From positions 1 to 32,000 of the forward strand of contig JAHWIP010000076.1 of the NCBI GenBank assembly GCA_019322375.1: a DNA stretch of 32,000 nucleotides. Reading direction: 5' to 3'. This document shows, one piece after another, positions 7,726 to 16,769 of this stretch. This stretch comes from Candidatus Woesearchaeota archaeon. Lineage in GTDB: Archaea; Nanobdellota; Nanobdellia; Woesearchaeales; SM23-78. The notes under the pieces are model-generated. The model was not told the DNA's origin and searched no databases. It saw only the letters and a list, made by a program, of their open reading frames with translations. A program made the translations under genes and the position numbers. Each line of letters begins with the position of its first letter. Position 1 is the first letter of the stretch.

Positions 7726-10434
7726 ATGCCTTCTGATGAAGTGATAAAGCATTTTGCTAGTTCTGAGGATAATGGCTTGACTAGCAAAGAGGTTGAGTTC
7801 AGGCTTAAGAAGTTTGGCAGGAACAAGCTGGCTGCGAAAAAAAAAGTTACTATTCTGCACAGGTTCATCAACCAGTTCAAGGAGTTAATGATTATCATCT
7901 TAATACTGGCTGGTGTTATTGCTTTTATTCTTGGAGAAAGCATTGATGCAGGCATTATATTCTTTGTTGTGCTTGTTAATGCAGTCATAGGTGTGCTTCA
8001 GGAGTACAAAGCAGAAAAAGCTATTGAAGCCCTGAAAAAAATGATGACTCCTCATGCAACTATTCTTAGGAATGGAATAGAAAAAGTGATTAATGCAGAG
8101 GAGCTTGTTCCAGGCGACATCCTGATTCTTGAAGAAGGCACGCGTGCACCAGCAGATGCAAGAATAATAGAGGCTGCTATGCTCAAAGTGGATGAAGCTG
8201 TTCTTACAGGAGAAAGCGTGCCCAGAGGCAAGCATGAAGCAGTAATAGAAAAAGAAAATATTGCTCTGGGCGACAGGAATAACATGCTCTTCATGGGCAC
8301 CAACATCACCAGCGGCAGGTGCAAGGCAGTTGTTACTGCCACTGGCATGAGCACAGAGTTTGGAAAAATAGCAGGTTTAACAGCAGAGATAAAAGAGGAG
8401 AAAAGCCCGCTTCAGAAAGAGCTTGTAAGGGTTGGCAAGTTCATTGCAAAAGTTACTCTGGGAATAGTGATAATAGTTTTCTTTCTTGGACTGCTCAGCG
8501 GGCAGGGCTTGTTTGTCATGTTCTTGTTTGCAGTCAGCCTTGGAGTGGCTGCTGTTCCAGAAGGCCTGCCAGCAACCATGACCATAGCCCTTGCTTTGGG
8601 TGTGCGAAGAATGGCAAAGAGAAAGGCTATTATGAGAAAGCTTTCAAGTGTTGAGACTCTTGGAAGCACCACAGTGATTTGCACTGACAAGACAGGCACT
8701 CTTACCAAGAACGAGATGACTGTTAAGCAGATATGGGTTAATAATAAAAATATATATATCCAGGGAGAAGGTTATGAGCCAGCAGGAGGCTTTCTTTATA
8801 ATAACAAGGATTATTCTGATGATGTTCTTAGGAAGATGCTAAGATGCGGATTACTGTGCAACAATGCTGTTCTTCAAAAAGACTCTGATAACAAGGATAA
8901 ATGGGTGATTGTGGGTGACCCTACTGAAGGCGCGCTTGTGGTTAGTGCAAAAAAAACAGGGCTTGAGCAGAAAAAAGAAGAAGAAACTTATGATCGGGTG
9001 TTTGAGATTCCTTTTAGCAGTGATGCCAAGCGCATGATAACCATTAACAAGGATGAAGCACGCAAAAGCAAGGACAGAAAAGGCTTAACTGCTTATATGA
9101 AAGGAGCAACAGGGGTTATCCTTGATAAATGTTCTTATATAGAAGTTGATGGCAAGGTAAAAAAGCTTAGTGAAAAGCAAAAAGAGGATATCAAGGTTGT
9201 TAGCAGGCAGATGTCTGAACAAGCTTTAAGAGTGCTGGGCTTTGCTTATAAAACATTAAAAGGCAAAGAGCAGGAAGAAAATAATTACAAGAAAATTAAG
9301 GAACAAGATTTTGTGTTCTTAGGCTTGCAAGGAATGATAGACCCTCCAAGGCAGGAAGTAAAGGATGCTGTTGCCAAGTGCAGAAAAGCAGGCATAAAGA
9401 TTTATGTAGTGACTGGCGACCATGGCTTGACAGCAAGAGCAATAGCAAAGGAGATAGGAATAGCAACTGATAATACCAGGATTATCAAAGGGCCAGAGCT
9501 TGAAAAGATGAATGATCAGGCTCTTAGCATTGCTATGAGGGAAGAAGTAATCTTTGCAAGGGTTAGTCCTGAGCACAAGATGAGAATAGCAAGCCTGCTC
9601 ATGAGCCATGGCGAAGTTGTTGCTATGACAGGCGATGGTGTGAATGATGCTCCTGCCCTGAAAAAAGCAGATATAGGCGTGGCCATGGGCATAACAGGAA
9701 CAGATGTGAGCAAGGAAGCCAGTGAAATGGTGCTAACAGATGACTCTTTTGCAACCATTGTTAATGCTGTGGAGGAGGGAAGAAGCATTTACTCAAATAT
9801 TACCAAATTTATAAGGTATATGTTCTCAACTAATCTAGGAGAGATAATAGCTATTCTGTTAGGAATGCTTTTAATACCTGTTTTCTTAAAAGAAAAAGGA
9901 ATAGTGCTCATAGTCACAGCTGTTCAGATACTATGGATTAACCTGGGAACAGATGTGCTGCCAGCCCTGGCCCTGGGAGTTGAGCCTCCAGAGCAGGGGG
10001 TTATGAATAAGCCTCCTAGAAACCCAAGAGAAAGAATAATTAGTTCCAAGCGCTTTGCACACTGGCTAATGACAGGCTTAATCATAGGCATTGGAACCCT
10101 TGCAATGTTTTTGATGAACAGTGATGAACCTTTAAAAGCAAGAACCATGGCTTTCTCTGTGCTAGTCTTCTATCAGCTAGCAAATGTGTTTAACTGCAGA
10201 CATGAGACTAAATCATTGTTTCATATAAAACTGTTCTCTAATAAATATATCATTTGGGCTGTGCTTGTGTCACTAGTGCTCCAGATAGCAGTTATACAGG
10301 TGCCTTTGCTGCAAAAAGTCTTTAAGACCATGGCTCTTTCATTATTTGAATGGGGGGCTGTGGTGCTGCTAAGCCTGACAATAATTATCTATGATGAAAT
10401 AAGAAAGGTGTTTGCAAGAAAGCATATGCGTTAA
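7726..10434 (+). CDS. P2-type cation-transporting ATPase (Ca2+-ATPase-like, SERCA/PMCA class)
   Basis: Motifs present are TGES, VPEGLPATMTIALALG (TM4), the phosphorylation site ICTDKTGTLT, the KGA nucleotide-site motif, and the hinge MTGDGVNDAPALKKADIGVAMG. I place the start at the ATG (MPSDEVIKHF...GLTSKEVEFRLKKFGRNKL) rather than the GTG at 7705 used by the ORF track. Confidence 0.9.
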   Translation: MPSDEVIKHFASSEDNGLTSKEVEFRLKKFGRNKLAAKKKVTILHRFINQFKELMIIILILAGVIAFILGESIDAGIIFFVVLVNAVIGVLQEYKAEKAIEALKKMMTPHATILRNGIEKVINAEELVPGDILILEEGTRAPADARIIEAAMLKVDEAVLTGESVPRGKHEAVIEKENIALGDRNNMLFMGTNITSGRCKAVVTATGMSTEFGKIAGLTAEIKEEKSPLQKELVRVGKFIAKVTLGIVIIVFFLGLLSGQGLFVMFLFAVSLGVAAVPEGLPATMTIALALGVRRMAKRKAIMRKLSSVETLGSTTVICTDKTGTLTKNEMTVKQIWVNNKNIYIQGEGYEPAGGFLYNNKDYSDDVLRKMLRCGLLCNNAVLQKDSDNKDKWVIVGDPTEGALVVSAKKTGLEQKKEEETYDRVFEIPFSSDAKRMITINKDEARKSKDRKGLTAYMKGATGVILDKCSYIEVDGKVKKLSEKQKEDIKVVSRQMSEQALRVLGFAYKTLKGKEQEENNYKKIKEQDFVFLGLQGMIDPPRQEVKDAVAKCRKAGIKIYVVTGDHGLTARAIAKEIGIATDNTRIIKGPELEKMNDQALSIAMREEVIFARVSPEHKMRIASLLMSHGEVVAMTGDGVNDAPALKKADIGVAMGITGTDVSKEASEMVLTDDSFATIVNAVEEGRSIYSNITKFIRYMFSTNLGEIIAILLGMLLIPVFLKEKGIVLIVTAVQILWINLGTDVLPALALGVEPPEQGVMNKPPRNPRERIISSKRFAHWLMTGLIIGIGTLAMFLMNSDEPLKARTMAFSVLVFYQLANVFNCRHETKSLFHIKLFSNKYIIWAVLVSLVLQIAVIQVPLLQKVFKTMALSLFEWGAVVLLSLTIIIYDEIRKVFARKHMR

Positions 10435-10466
10435 ATTTAAATAATCTCCTATAATCCAAAGCACAC

Positions 10467-10979
10467 ATGGCAGATGTACAAATAGGCTTATTTGGCAGCT
10501 CAACAAGCAATGATAAAAAACTCTTTGCTATTGCACAAGAAACAGGCAGACTTATTGCTGAAAAAAAAGCAACTCTTTTCTGTGGTAATGTTCTTGGTGT
10601 TATGAGTGCAGCTCTTAAAGGTGCAAAACAAGGAGGAGGAAGAACAGTTGTTATTGTGCCTTATGAAGAAGCAGGACAAGGAGATTTATCTAATTGCGAT
10701 GTATATATCCCCAGTGCTATGAACTGGTTTTCAAGAGGAGGCTCATTGGTTAATGCTGTTGATGGAATCATCGTGGTGGGTGGGGGTGTTGGCACTATTA
10801 GTGAGCTTACATATGCTTGGTGGAAAGAAATACCTGTTGTAATTATAGAAACAGGTGAGCTAATAGACCAATACATTGGTAAAGGATTTGATAAAAGGAA
10901 AAAACATAAAATACTAGGTGCAAAAACCCCTAAGGAAGCAGTAGAGAAATTATTTGAGCTTATTTCTAAACACTCCTAA
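10467..10979 (+). CDS. LOG / TIGR00725-like Rossmann-fold protein (lysine-decarboxylase-like family)
   Basis: GLFGSS...LFCGNVLGVMSAALKGAKQGGGRTVVIVP and VVGGGVGTISELTYAW match the family pattern GGxxG(V/I)M...G.P and GGxGTxxE. The protein is 170 aa. Confidence 0.55.
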   Translation: MADVQIGLFGSSTSNDKKLFAIAQETGRLIAEKKATLFCGNVLGVMSAALKGAKQGGGRTVVIVPYEEAGQGDLSNCDVYIPSAMNWFSRGGSLVNAVDGIIVVGGGVGTISELTYAWWKEIPVVIIETGELIDQYIGKGFDKRKKHKILGAKTPKEAVEKLFELISKHS

Positions 10980-11967
10980 AGAACACTATCTTCATTAAAA
11001 CAAACAAAAAGTAAAGCCCTATGAGTATAACTCCTTCTTTTTTTTCATGATGGTCAACAGTTATATTCTTCCTCAATAAAAGCATGACCACAAGCACTGT
11101 GAAAGCCCAGAAAGGAAGCTCAAAAAACAACAGGCTTCTATTAAAACTAAGACCGGCAATAGTTGCTCCTAATCCCATGGATAAAAGAGGATTAGTAATG
11201 TTTGAGCCTATCAAGGTTCCTAAAGAGATGCCATGGGCCTTCTTAACAATACCCTTAAGAGCAGTTGAAAGTTCTGGCAAGCAACCCCCAACACCAAGGA
11301 TAATAACACCTAAAAAGGTCTGGGTAAGATTAAAAGCATCAGCTATTCTAAGAGCATTATCAACCACAAACTTACCTCCAAGGATTAATAACCCAACACC
11401 GCCCAGCATTATAAGGCTCACAATAAAAGGATGATGTCTTAATCTTCGGGATTTCAGCTCAATAGCATCAACAGGCTCTGCAAGTAAAGGGCTCTTTCTT
11501 CTATCTCTTCTCTCATCCCTGCTCAAAAACAAGAGATAAACAACATAAGCAAGTATCAAGATGATGCCCATAATCCTAGAGATAAAGCCTGTTAAACCCA
11601 TAAGAAAAACTAATAATATTGATATGAGAATAGCAACTCCATCCCTGCTAAGAGTCTTTTTATCTGCTTTTAAAATGCTTATCAAAGCCACAAGCCCGAC
11701 AACAAGAGTCATCTGGGTGATAGAAGAACCAATATTAACACCAACAGCTATACCACTGGCAGCAACTCCTCTAAGATTAGAAATACCAGCATATACATTA
11801 GTGAATATCTCTGGCAAAGAAGTGCCAATGGAAACAACAGTTAATCCAATAAACACATGGGAAAGCCTGAACCTCTGAGCCAGCTTCTTAGCACTCTCAA
11901 TAATAAAATCAGAGCCAATCCAGAGCAGAACAAGCCCAAGTATTAATAAGAGGATTGGGATTAGCAT
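10966..11967 (-). CDS. CaCA-family Na+(H+)/Ca2+ exchanger (YrbG/NCX_Mj-like)
   Basis: About 10 TM segments in two halves each carry an alpha-repeat signature (GTSLPEIFTN and GGCLPELSTAL), separated by a charged loop (SRDERRDRRKS). The 3' end overlaps the convergent 10467-10979 gene by 14 nt. Confidence 0.8.
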   Translation of the reverse strand: MLIPILLLILGLVLLWIGSDFIIESAKKLAQRFRLSHVFIGLTVVSIGTSLPEIFTNVYAGISNLRGVAASGIAVGVNIGSSITQMTLVVGLVALISILKADKKTLSRDGVAILISILLVFLMGLTGFISRIMGIILILAYVVYLLFLSRDERRDRRKSPLLAEPVDAIELKSRRLRHHPFIVSLIMLGGVGLLILGGKFVVDNALRIADAFNLTQTFLGVIILGVGGCLPELSTALKGIVKKAHGISLGTLIGSNITNPLLSMGLGATIAGLSFNRSLLFFELPFWAFTVLVVMLLLRKNITVDHHEKKEGVILIGLYFLFVLMKIVFFRSV

Positions 11968-12008
11968 GGGAATAACATGAATACATGGGTTTTTAAAGTT
12001 AGCGATAG

Positions 12009-12707
12009 TCAGCTCCTAACAAGCATTGATTCCAGCTTGTCTTCAATAGCAGGTATATTAAGGTAGCCTTGGTCTTCACACATAACCCTCATTTCCCCAT
12101 ATAATTCATGGAAGGGCTTTTGGAATTTCTGCCAGAACCAGTTGGCTATTGCAAAATTTACATTCTTCTTAGAATTAAACTCATTGTTCTTCATAGAAAC
12201 ATGCCACCTGTCAAACTGGGAAACATATCCCCCTACATCAAACAAGTTAATGTAATAAGTCCAGGACAGGGGTGTGTTAGCATCACCCGGAATAAAATAA
12301 TAGTGCTGGTCAAGGTATTTACTTCTGCTGTCAGCAACACTCACAACATTTCCTATATTGCCATTTCCTAATAGATTATGCAGTCTTTCTTTATCACGCC
12401 CAATAGAGTGCTTGTCTTGAGATGAGAAGAAAATATTAGCAAACATCACTACTCTTGACAAATCAGCGTATACTAAGCCGTGATTAACCCCTCTTTGTAT
12501 AAAAGAATTATTCTTAATCTTTTTTAATTCAAACATAAGATCCCAGATTTCTTTAGAATCTGCATTAAAGACTGATTCAACATAACCCATATCTTGTATG
12601 CCCCTGGCAAAGAATTCATGAATAACATCTTTTTTCCTAACCTCAAACGGATACTTTTCTAATAATAAGTATTCAAAGAGCACAGGAATATCTATTGCAT
12701 CAATCAT
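12009..12707 (-). CDS. Hypothetical protein, no family recognised
   Basis: It is a 232-codon ORF with non-repetitive, ordinary-complexity sequence (…NHGLVYADLSRV…GRDKERLHNLLGNGNIGN…FDRWHVSMKNNEF…). I could not assign any motif. Confidence 0.5.
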   Translation of the reverse strand: MIDAIDIPVLFEYLLLEKYPFEVRKKDVIHEFFARGIQDMGYVESVFNADSKEIWDLMFELKKIKNNSFIQRGVNHGLVYADLSRVVMFANIFFSSQDKHSIGRDKERLHNLLGNGNIGNVVSVADSRSKYLDQHYYFIPGDANTPLSWTYYINLFDVGGYVSQFDRWHVSMKNNEFNSKKNVNFAIANWFWQKFQKPFHELYGEMRVMCEDQGYLNIPAIEDKLESMLVRS

Positions 12708-12832
12708 GTGAATAGTGTATCCCTCGGTGTTTAAATATTTATCTTAAAGTTTTTTGTCTTCCTATACAGTTCGTCGCGCACGACCATATATATAACAAAT
12801 AATTTAAAAACAATGCCCTCTCTCTGAATCCT

Positions 12833-14533
12833 ATGCCTAAATCAGATTTTTTCAAGGAAATAATAGAGCACATCAAGCAGAACAAGCCCAACAAAGCAAG
12901 GCTTTCCAAGCAAAAAGTCAGGCTTTGCTCTAAGCACAAGCTTAAACGCATACCCACAGATATAGAGATTTTATTGCATGCAAAAAAACAAGACTTGTTT
13001 TTTCTAAGGAAATACTTGCAAACCAAGCCAACAAGAACTATTAGCGGGGTTGCTGTTGTGGCTGTTATGACCTATCCTTTCTCTTGCCCTCACGGCAGGT
13101 GTGTGCAGTGCCCTGGTGGTCCTGATAGTTTTTTTGGCACTGTTCCGCAGAGTTATACTGGCAAAGAACCTGCTACCATGAGAGCTATTAGGAACAGATA
13201 TGATTCTTATTTACAAATATTTAATCGTCTTGAGCAGTATGTTGTGCTTGGACAAAGCCCTGAAAAAGTTGAGCTTATCATTATGGGAGGGACTTTTCCT
13301 AGTTTTCCAAAGAAATATCAGGAAGAATTCATCTATTATGCTTTCAAGGCAATGAACGATTTCTCAAGATTATTCTATAAGAATGGCAATTTCAATATCA
13401 TTAAGTTCAAGCAGTTTTTTGAACTGCCAGGAAAAGTTGGTGATAAGAACAGGGTTAAGAATATCCATGAAAAACTGCTTGCAATGAAAAACAAGGATAA
13501 GAAAACAAAAAAAGATAAGAAAAACCTTGAGCAAGAGCAAAGGCTAAATGAGAAATCAAATATAAGATGTGTTGGCTTAACCATTGAAACCAGGCCTGAT
13601 TATGCAAAGCAAAAACATGCTAATGAAATGCTAAGAATGGGGTGCACCCGTGTAGAGCTCGGAGTTCAGAGTGTTTTTGATGACGCACTCAAAAGAATTA
13701 ATAGAGGACATGATGTTGCAGAGTCCATATGCGCAACCCAAATCTTAAAAGACCTTGGGTTTAAGATTAATTATCATATGATGCTGGGATTGCCTGGAAT
13801 TAATTTCCTGCAGGAGATTGAAGGATTAAAAAAGCTTTTTGATAATCCTGATTTCAGGCCTGACATGCTAAAGCTATACCCATGCATGGTTTTAAAAGGA
13901 ACCCGATTGCATGAGGACTGGAAAAAAGAAAGGTATAAACCTTTAACGACTCAGCAGGCAGCAAAACTGATTATTGAGTTCAAAAAGCACATACCAGAAT
14001 ACATCAGGATTATGAGAGTGCAAAGAGATATCCCTACAAAAATGACAGAAGCAGGTGTTGACAAGACCAATCTAAGACAGTACATGCATGAAAAAATGAA
14101 AAAGCACGGTGTTAAGTGCAGGTGCATTCGGTGCAGGGAAATAAGGGATAAGGAAATCAAGGGTAAAGTTGAGTTAAAAATTATTAATTATCAGGCTTCT
14201 AAAGGCAAAGAATATTTTATTAGCCTGGAGAACAAGGACCATATATTAGGTTTTTGCAGGCTAAGGTTTCCTTCCCAAAGCTTAAGAAAAGAAATGCCTA
14301 AAAACTCTGCAATTATTAGGGAACTGCATGTGTATGGAACAGCAGCAGCAATTAAAGGAAAAGGAAAAGTGCAGCACAAAGGCTTTGGAAAAAGATTATT
14401 AAGAACAGCAGAAAGCATTGCAAAAAAGAATAAAAAGAAAAAAATGATTATCATCTCCGGAGTTGGAGTAAGGGATTATTACAGAAACCAAGGATATAAA
14501 AAGCAAGGGCCTTATATGGTTAAGAATATATAA
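12833..14533 (+). CDS. elp3: Elp3-type radical-SAM/GNAT tRNA uridine(34) modification enzyme
   Basis: The N-terminal basic region is followed by TRTISGVAVVAVMTYPFSCPHGRCVQCPGG (radical-SAM cluster), IMGGTFPS, GLTIETRPDY, RVELGVQS and KLYPCMVLKGT. The C-terminal GNAT part is ELHVYG...HKGFGKRLL..AE. A Lys-rich insertion reads KNKDKKTKKDKKNLEQEQRLNEKS. Confidence 0.9.
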   Translation: MPKSDFFKEIIEHIKQNKPNKARLSKQKVRLCSKHKLKRIPTDIEILLHAKKQDLFFLRKYLQTKPTRTISGVAVVAVMTYPFSCPHGRCVQCPGGPDSFFGTVPQSYTGKEPATMRAIRNRYDSYLQIFNRLEQYVVLGQSPEKVELIIMGGTFPSFPKKYQEEFIYYAFKAMNDFSRLFYKNGNFNIIKFKQFFELPGKVGDKNRVKNIHEKLLAMKNKDKKTKKDKKNLEQEQRLNEKSNIRCVGLTIETRPDYAKQKHANEMLRMGCTRVELGVQSVFDDALKRINRGHDVAESICATQILKDLGFKINYHMMLGLPGINFLQEIEGLKKLFDNPDFRPDMLKLYPCMVLKGTRLHEDWKKERYKPLTTQQAAKLIIEFKKHIPEYIRIMRVQRDIPTKMTEAGVDKTNLRQYMHEKMKKHGVKCRCIRCREIRDKEIKGKVELKIINYQASKGKEYFISLENKDHILGFCRLRFPSQSLRKEMPKNSAIIRELHVYGTAAAIKGKGKVQHKGFGKRLLRTAESIAKKNKKKKMIIISGVGVRDYYRNQGYKKQGPYMVKNI

Positions 14534-14534
14534 G

Positions 14535-15485
14535 ATGGAAGAAAAGTTTGTTGTAAAAGAAAAATTTGAAAAAAGATACAGAGAATTACTAAGGGATAGA
14601 TATGATGAGTTTATCAATTACTCCAAGAAATACATAAGAAAAAGCATTCGTGTGAACACCTTAAAGATTTCTATTAATGAATTAAAAAAAAGACTGGGAA
14701 AAAACTGGGAGTTAAAACAGGTTCCCTGGTGCAGGCAAGGTTTTTGGATAGAGCATAAAGCAAAGGATGATGAAAAAAGATATGACATAGGTAATGTTTT
14801 AGAGCACCAGCTAGGCTATATATATGTGCAGGAAGCAGCAAGCATGATACCTCCTGTAGTGCTGGAGCCAAGACCAGGGGAAACAGTTCTGGATATGTGC
14901 TCTGCTCCTGGCAGCAAAGCAAGCCAGATAGCAGCCATGATGCAGAACAAAGGCTTATTAATAGCTAATGATGTGCAGACAGGCAGGTTAAAGCCTCTTG
15001 GAATCAACCTTCAAAGAGTAGGGGTGAGCAATGCCTTAATCACACAGATGCCAGGGCATAGATTTAAAAAAACAAGCCTAAGATTTGACAAAGTGCTGGT
15101 GGATGCTCCTTGCACTGGAACAGGAACAATAAGGCGCTCATACAAAACCTTAACCATGTGGAGCCCTAACATGATAAGAAAACTGGCAAGCCAGCAAAAA
15201 CAATTAATAGCCAGTGGATTTGAAGTGCTAAAACCAGAAGGAAGGCTTGTGTACTCAACCTGCACAATGGAGCCAGAAGAGAATGAAGAAGTGGTGAGCT
15301 GGCTGCTAAATAAATATCCTGATGCAAAGATTGAGAAAATAAAGCTAGATATCAACCGCAGTCCTGCAATTGCTGGGTTTGGAAAAGAAAAATACAATTC
15401 CCAAGTCAAAGAATGCCTAAGAATATGGCCCCAGGATAATGATACTGAGGGGTTTTTTGTAGTTAATATAAGAAAAAAAAGTTGA
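14535..15485 (+). CDS. NOL1/NOP2/Sun-family RNA (cytosine-C5)-methyltransferase (archaeal Trm4/NSUN-like)
   Basis: Motifs are VLDMCSAPGSKASQIA (SAM site), VLVDAPCTGTGTIRR (motif IV Cys) and LVYSTCTMEPEENE (motif VI Cys). The gene starts 1 nt after the elp3 stop. Confidence 0.85.
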   Translation: MEEKFVVKEKFEKRYRELLRDRYDEFINYSKKYIRKSIRVNTLKISINELKKRLGKNWELKQVPWCRQGFWIEHKAKDDEKRYDIGNVLEHQLGYIYVQEAASMIPPVVLEPRPGETVLDMCSAPGSKASQIAAMMQNKGLLIANDVQTGRLKPLGINLQRVGVSNALITQMPGHRFKKTSLRFDKVLVDAPCTGTGTIRRSYKTLTMWSPNMIRKLASQQKQLIASGFEVLKPEGRLVYSTCTMEPEENEEVVSWLLNKYPDAKIEKIKLDINRSPAIAGFGKEKYNSQVKECLRIWPQDNDTEGFFVVNIRKKS

Positions 15486-15491
15486 ACAGAA

Positions 15492-15929
15492 TCACTTCCT
15501 TGCCTTCTCCAGCTTTCCGCGTAGCAAAGCATCCAGGCTTTGGTCATTGACTTTTATTACCTGCCATCTTACTCCTGGGATGTCTCCTTTGCTTCTGCCC
15601 ATGGTTCCTCCTATGCACTCAATTATTACTTCGTCATGTTCATCTATTAGCTTGGTTGCTCCGTCTCCTGGGCAAAAAGCAGTCACTTGCTTGCCGTTCT
15701 TTACCAGCTGCACTCTAACGCATTTCCTCATTGCAGAGTTTGGCTGTTTTGCTTCTAACTGGACTTTTTCCAGCACTATGCCTGAGGCCTGGCTTGCCCC
15801 TCCAAGAGGGTCTGACTTTGCTTTCAGCCTTTTGGCTCTTTTAACATACCATTTATCATGCCATCTGCTTTTCTTGCTTCTTTTCTTAAGTTTTTTTGCA
15901 GCGTTCAAGCCTTTGCTTTTCTTTGCCAT
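15492..15929 (-). CDS. rps12: 30S ribosomal protein uS12 (archaeal S12/S23e type)
   Basis: [53 protein letters not shown]....[31 protein letters not shown] is the hallmark uS12 sequence. Confidence 0.95.
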   Translation of the reverse strand: MAKKSKGLNAAKKLKKRSKKSRWHDKWYVKRAKRLKAKSDPLGGASQASGIVLEKVQLEAKQPNSAMRKCVRVQLVKNGKQVTAFCPGDGATKLIDEHDEVIIECIGGTMGRSKGDIPGVRWQVIKVNDQSLDALLRGKLEKARK

Positions 15930-15952
15930 TTTTTATCTCTGATTGGCAACAA

Positions 15953-15971
15953 CAAAAATCAAAGATTTTTG
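15953..15971 (-). promoter_or_regulatory. Perfect 8-bp hairpin in the rps12 leader
   Basis: CAAAAATC-AAA-GATTTTTG lies 24-42 nt upstream of the rps12 ATG. It is the same CAAAA..NNN..TTTTG design as the hairpins in the rpoA'/rpoA'' bridge. Confidence 0.3.
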
Positions 15972-16031
15972 AGTTTGCCATTTTACTCGTCCAATGAATG
16001 GTGATGCTTTTTTAAATGTTTTGTAAATAAC

Positions 16032-16454
16032 TTATACAACCTTTATCTCCTCTACCTTAAAGTACTTGCCCACAACCTTCTCAAGGTTTCTTAAGTTCTG
16101 GGCTTTTATACCTATCATTAACCCTTTTGTTTTTGTGTCTGCTCCTGTGATTATAACAATCTCTCCTTCTTCTTTAATGTCTGTTATTTTTAGAGGTGCC
16201 AGGTAATTGGTTATGAATTGCAAACGATCAGGATTAAACTCAACTATCTTTATCTTTCTTTTAAGCATTTTCTCAAGCTTAACAATGTTGGTTTTGTTCC
16301 TGCCAAGAGCCTTGCCCATCTCTCCCTGATCAACCAGAAACACCAATTTGTCTCTGTCAAAAAAACAGTCCTTAAGCTTTGCATGAGTTATTTTCTCAAA
16401 CAATGCCATGAACTTGAGCATGTCTGTGTCAAAAGTTATTTTTTGATTAACCAT
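16032..16454 (-). CDS. nusA: Archaeal NusA-like transcription factor (two KH domains)
   Basis: The protein is 140 aa and sits in the conserved position between rpl30e and rps12. KH-like GxxG-type segments are GEMGKALGRNKTNI and KTKGLMIGIKAQNLRNL. Confidence 0.8.
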   Translation of the reverse strand: MVNQKITFDTDMLKFMALFEKITHAKLKDCFFDRDKLVFLVDQGEMGKALGRNKTNIVKLEKMLKRKIKIVEFNPDRLQFITNYLAPLKITDIKEEGEIVIITGADTKTKGLMIGIKAQNLRNLEKVVGKYFKVEEIKVV

Positions 16455-16486
16455 TTTTTAGAATCAGAAATATTTTTCCTCCATTC

Positions 16487-16768
16487 TTAATACTTTTTCT
16501 TCTCAACCACTTTCTTCATACCAATACAGGCTATTGAAAAAGGTTTCTTACAAACAGTTCCTAGCTCATCATTGGGAATGTCTAGCTTCTCAACAGCTAT
16601 CTTTAAGACAGAGGCATAGTACTCTATGTCCTTTGCCAAGCTCTCAGAAGCATTGCTTGCAAGGAAAACCTTTACTAATTCATTGTTCCTAAGAGCCTTC
16701 AGAGTATTATCTGTTCCTATAACTAAGTTCGGGGTTTTCAAGTGTTTTTTTATTTCTGCAATTGACAT
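16487..16768 (-). CDS. rpl30e: 50S ribosomal protein eL30 (L30e)
   Basis: The protein is 93 aa, with LVIGTDNTLKALRNNELVKVFLASNA...DIEYYA...ELGTVCKKPFSIACIG typical of the L30e/L7Ae fold. It sits in the conserved position immediately downstream of rpoA''. Confidence 0.85.
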   Translation of the reverse strand: MSIAEIKKHLKTPNLVIGTDNTLKALRNNELVKVFLASNASESLAKDIEYYASVLKIAVEKLDIPNDELGTVCKKPFSIACIGMKKVVEKKKY

Positions 16769-16769
16769 T

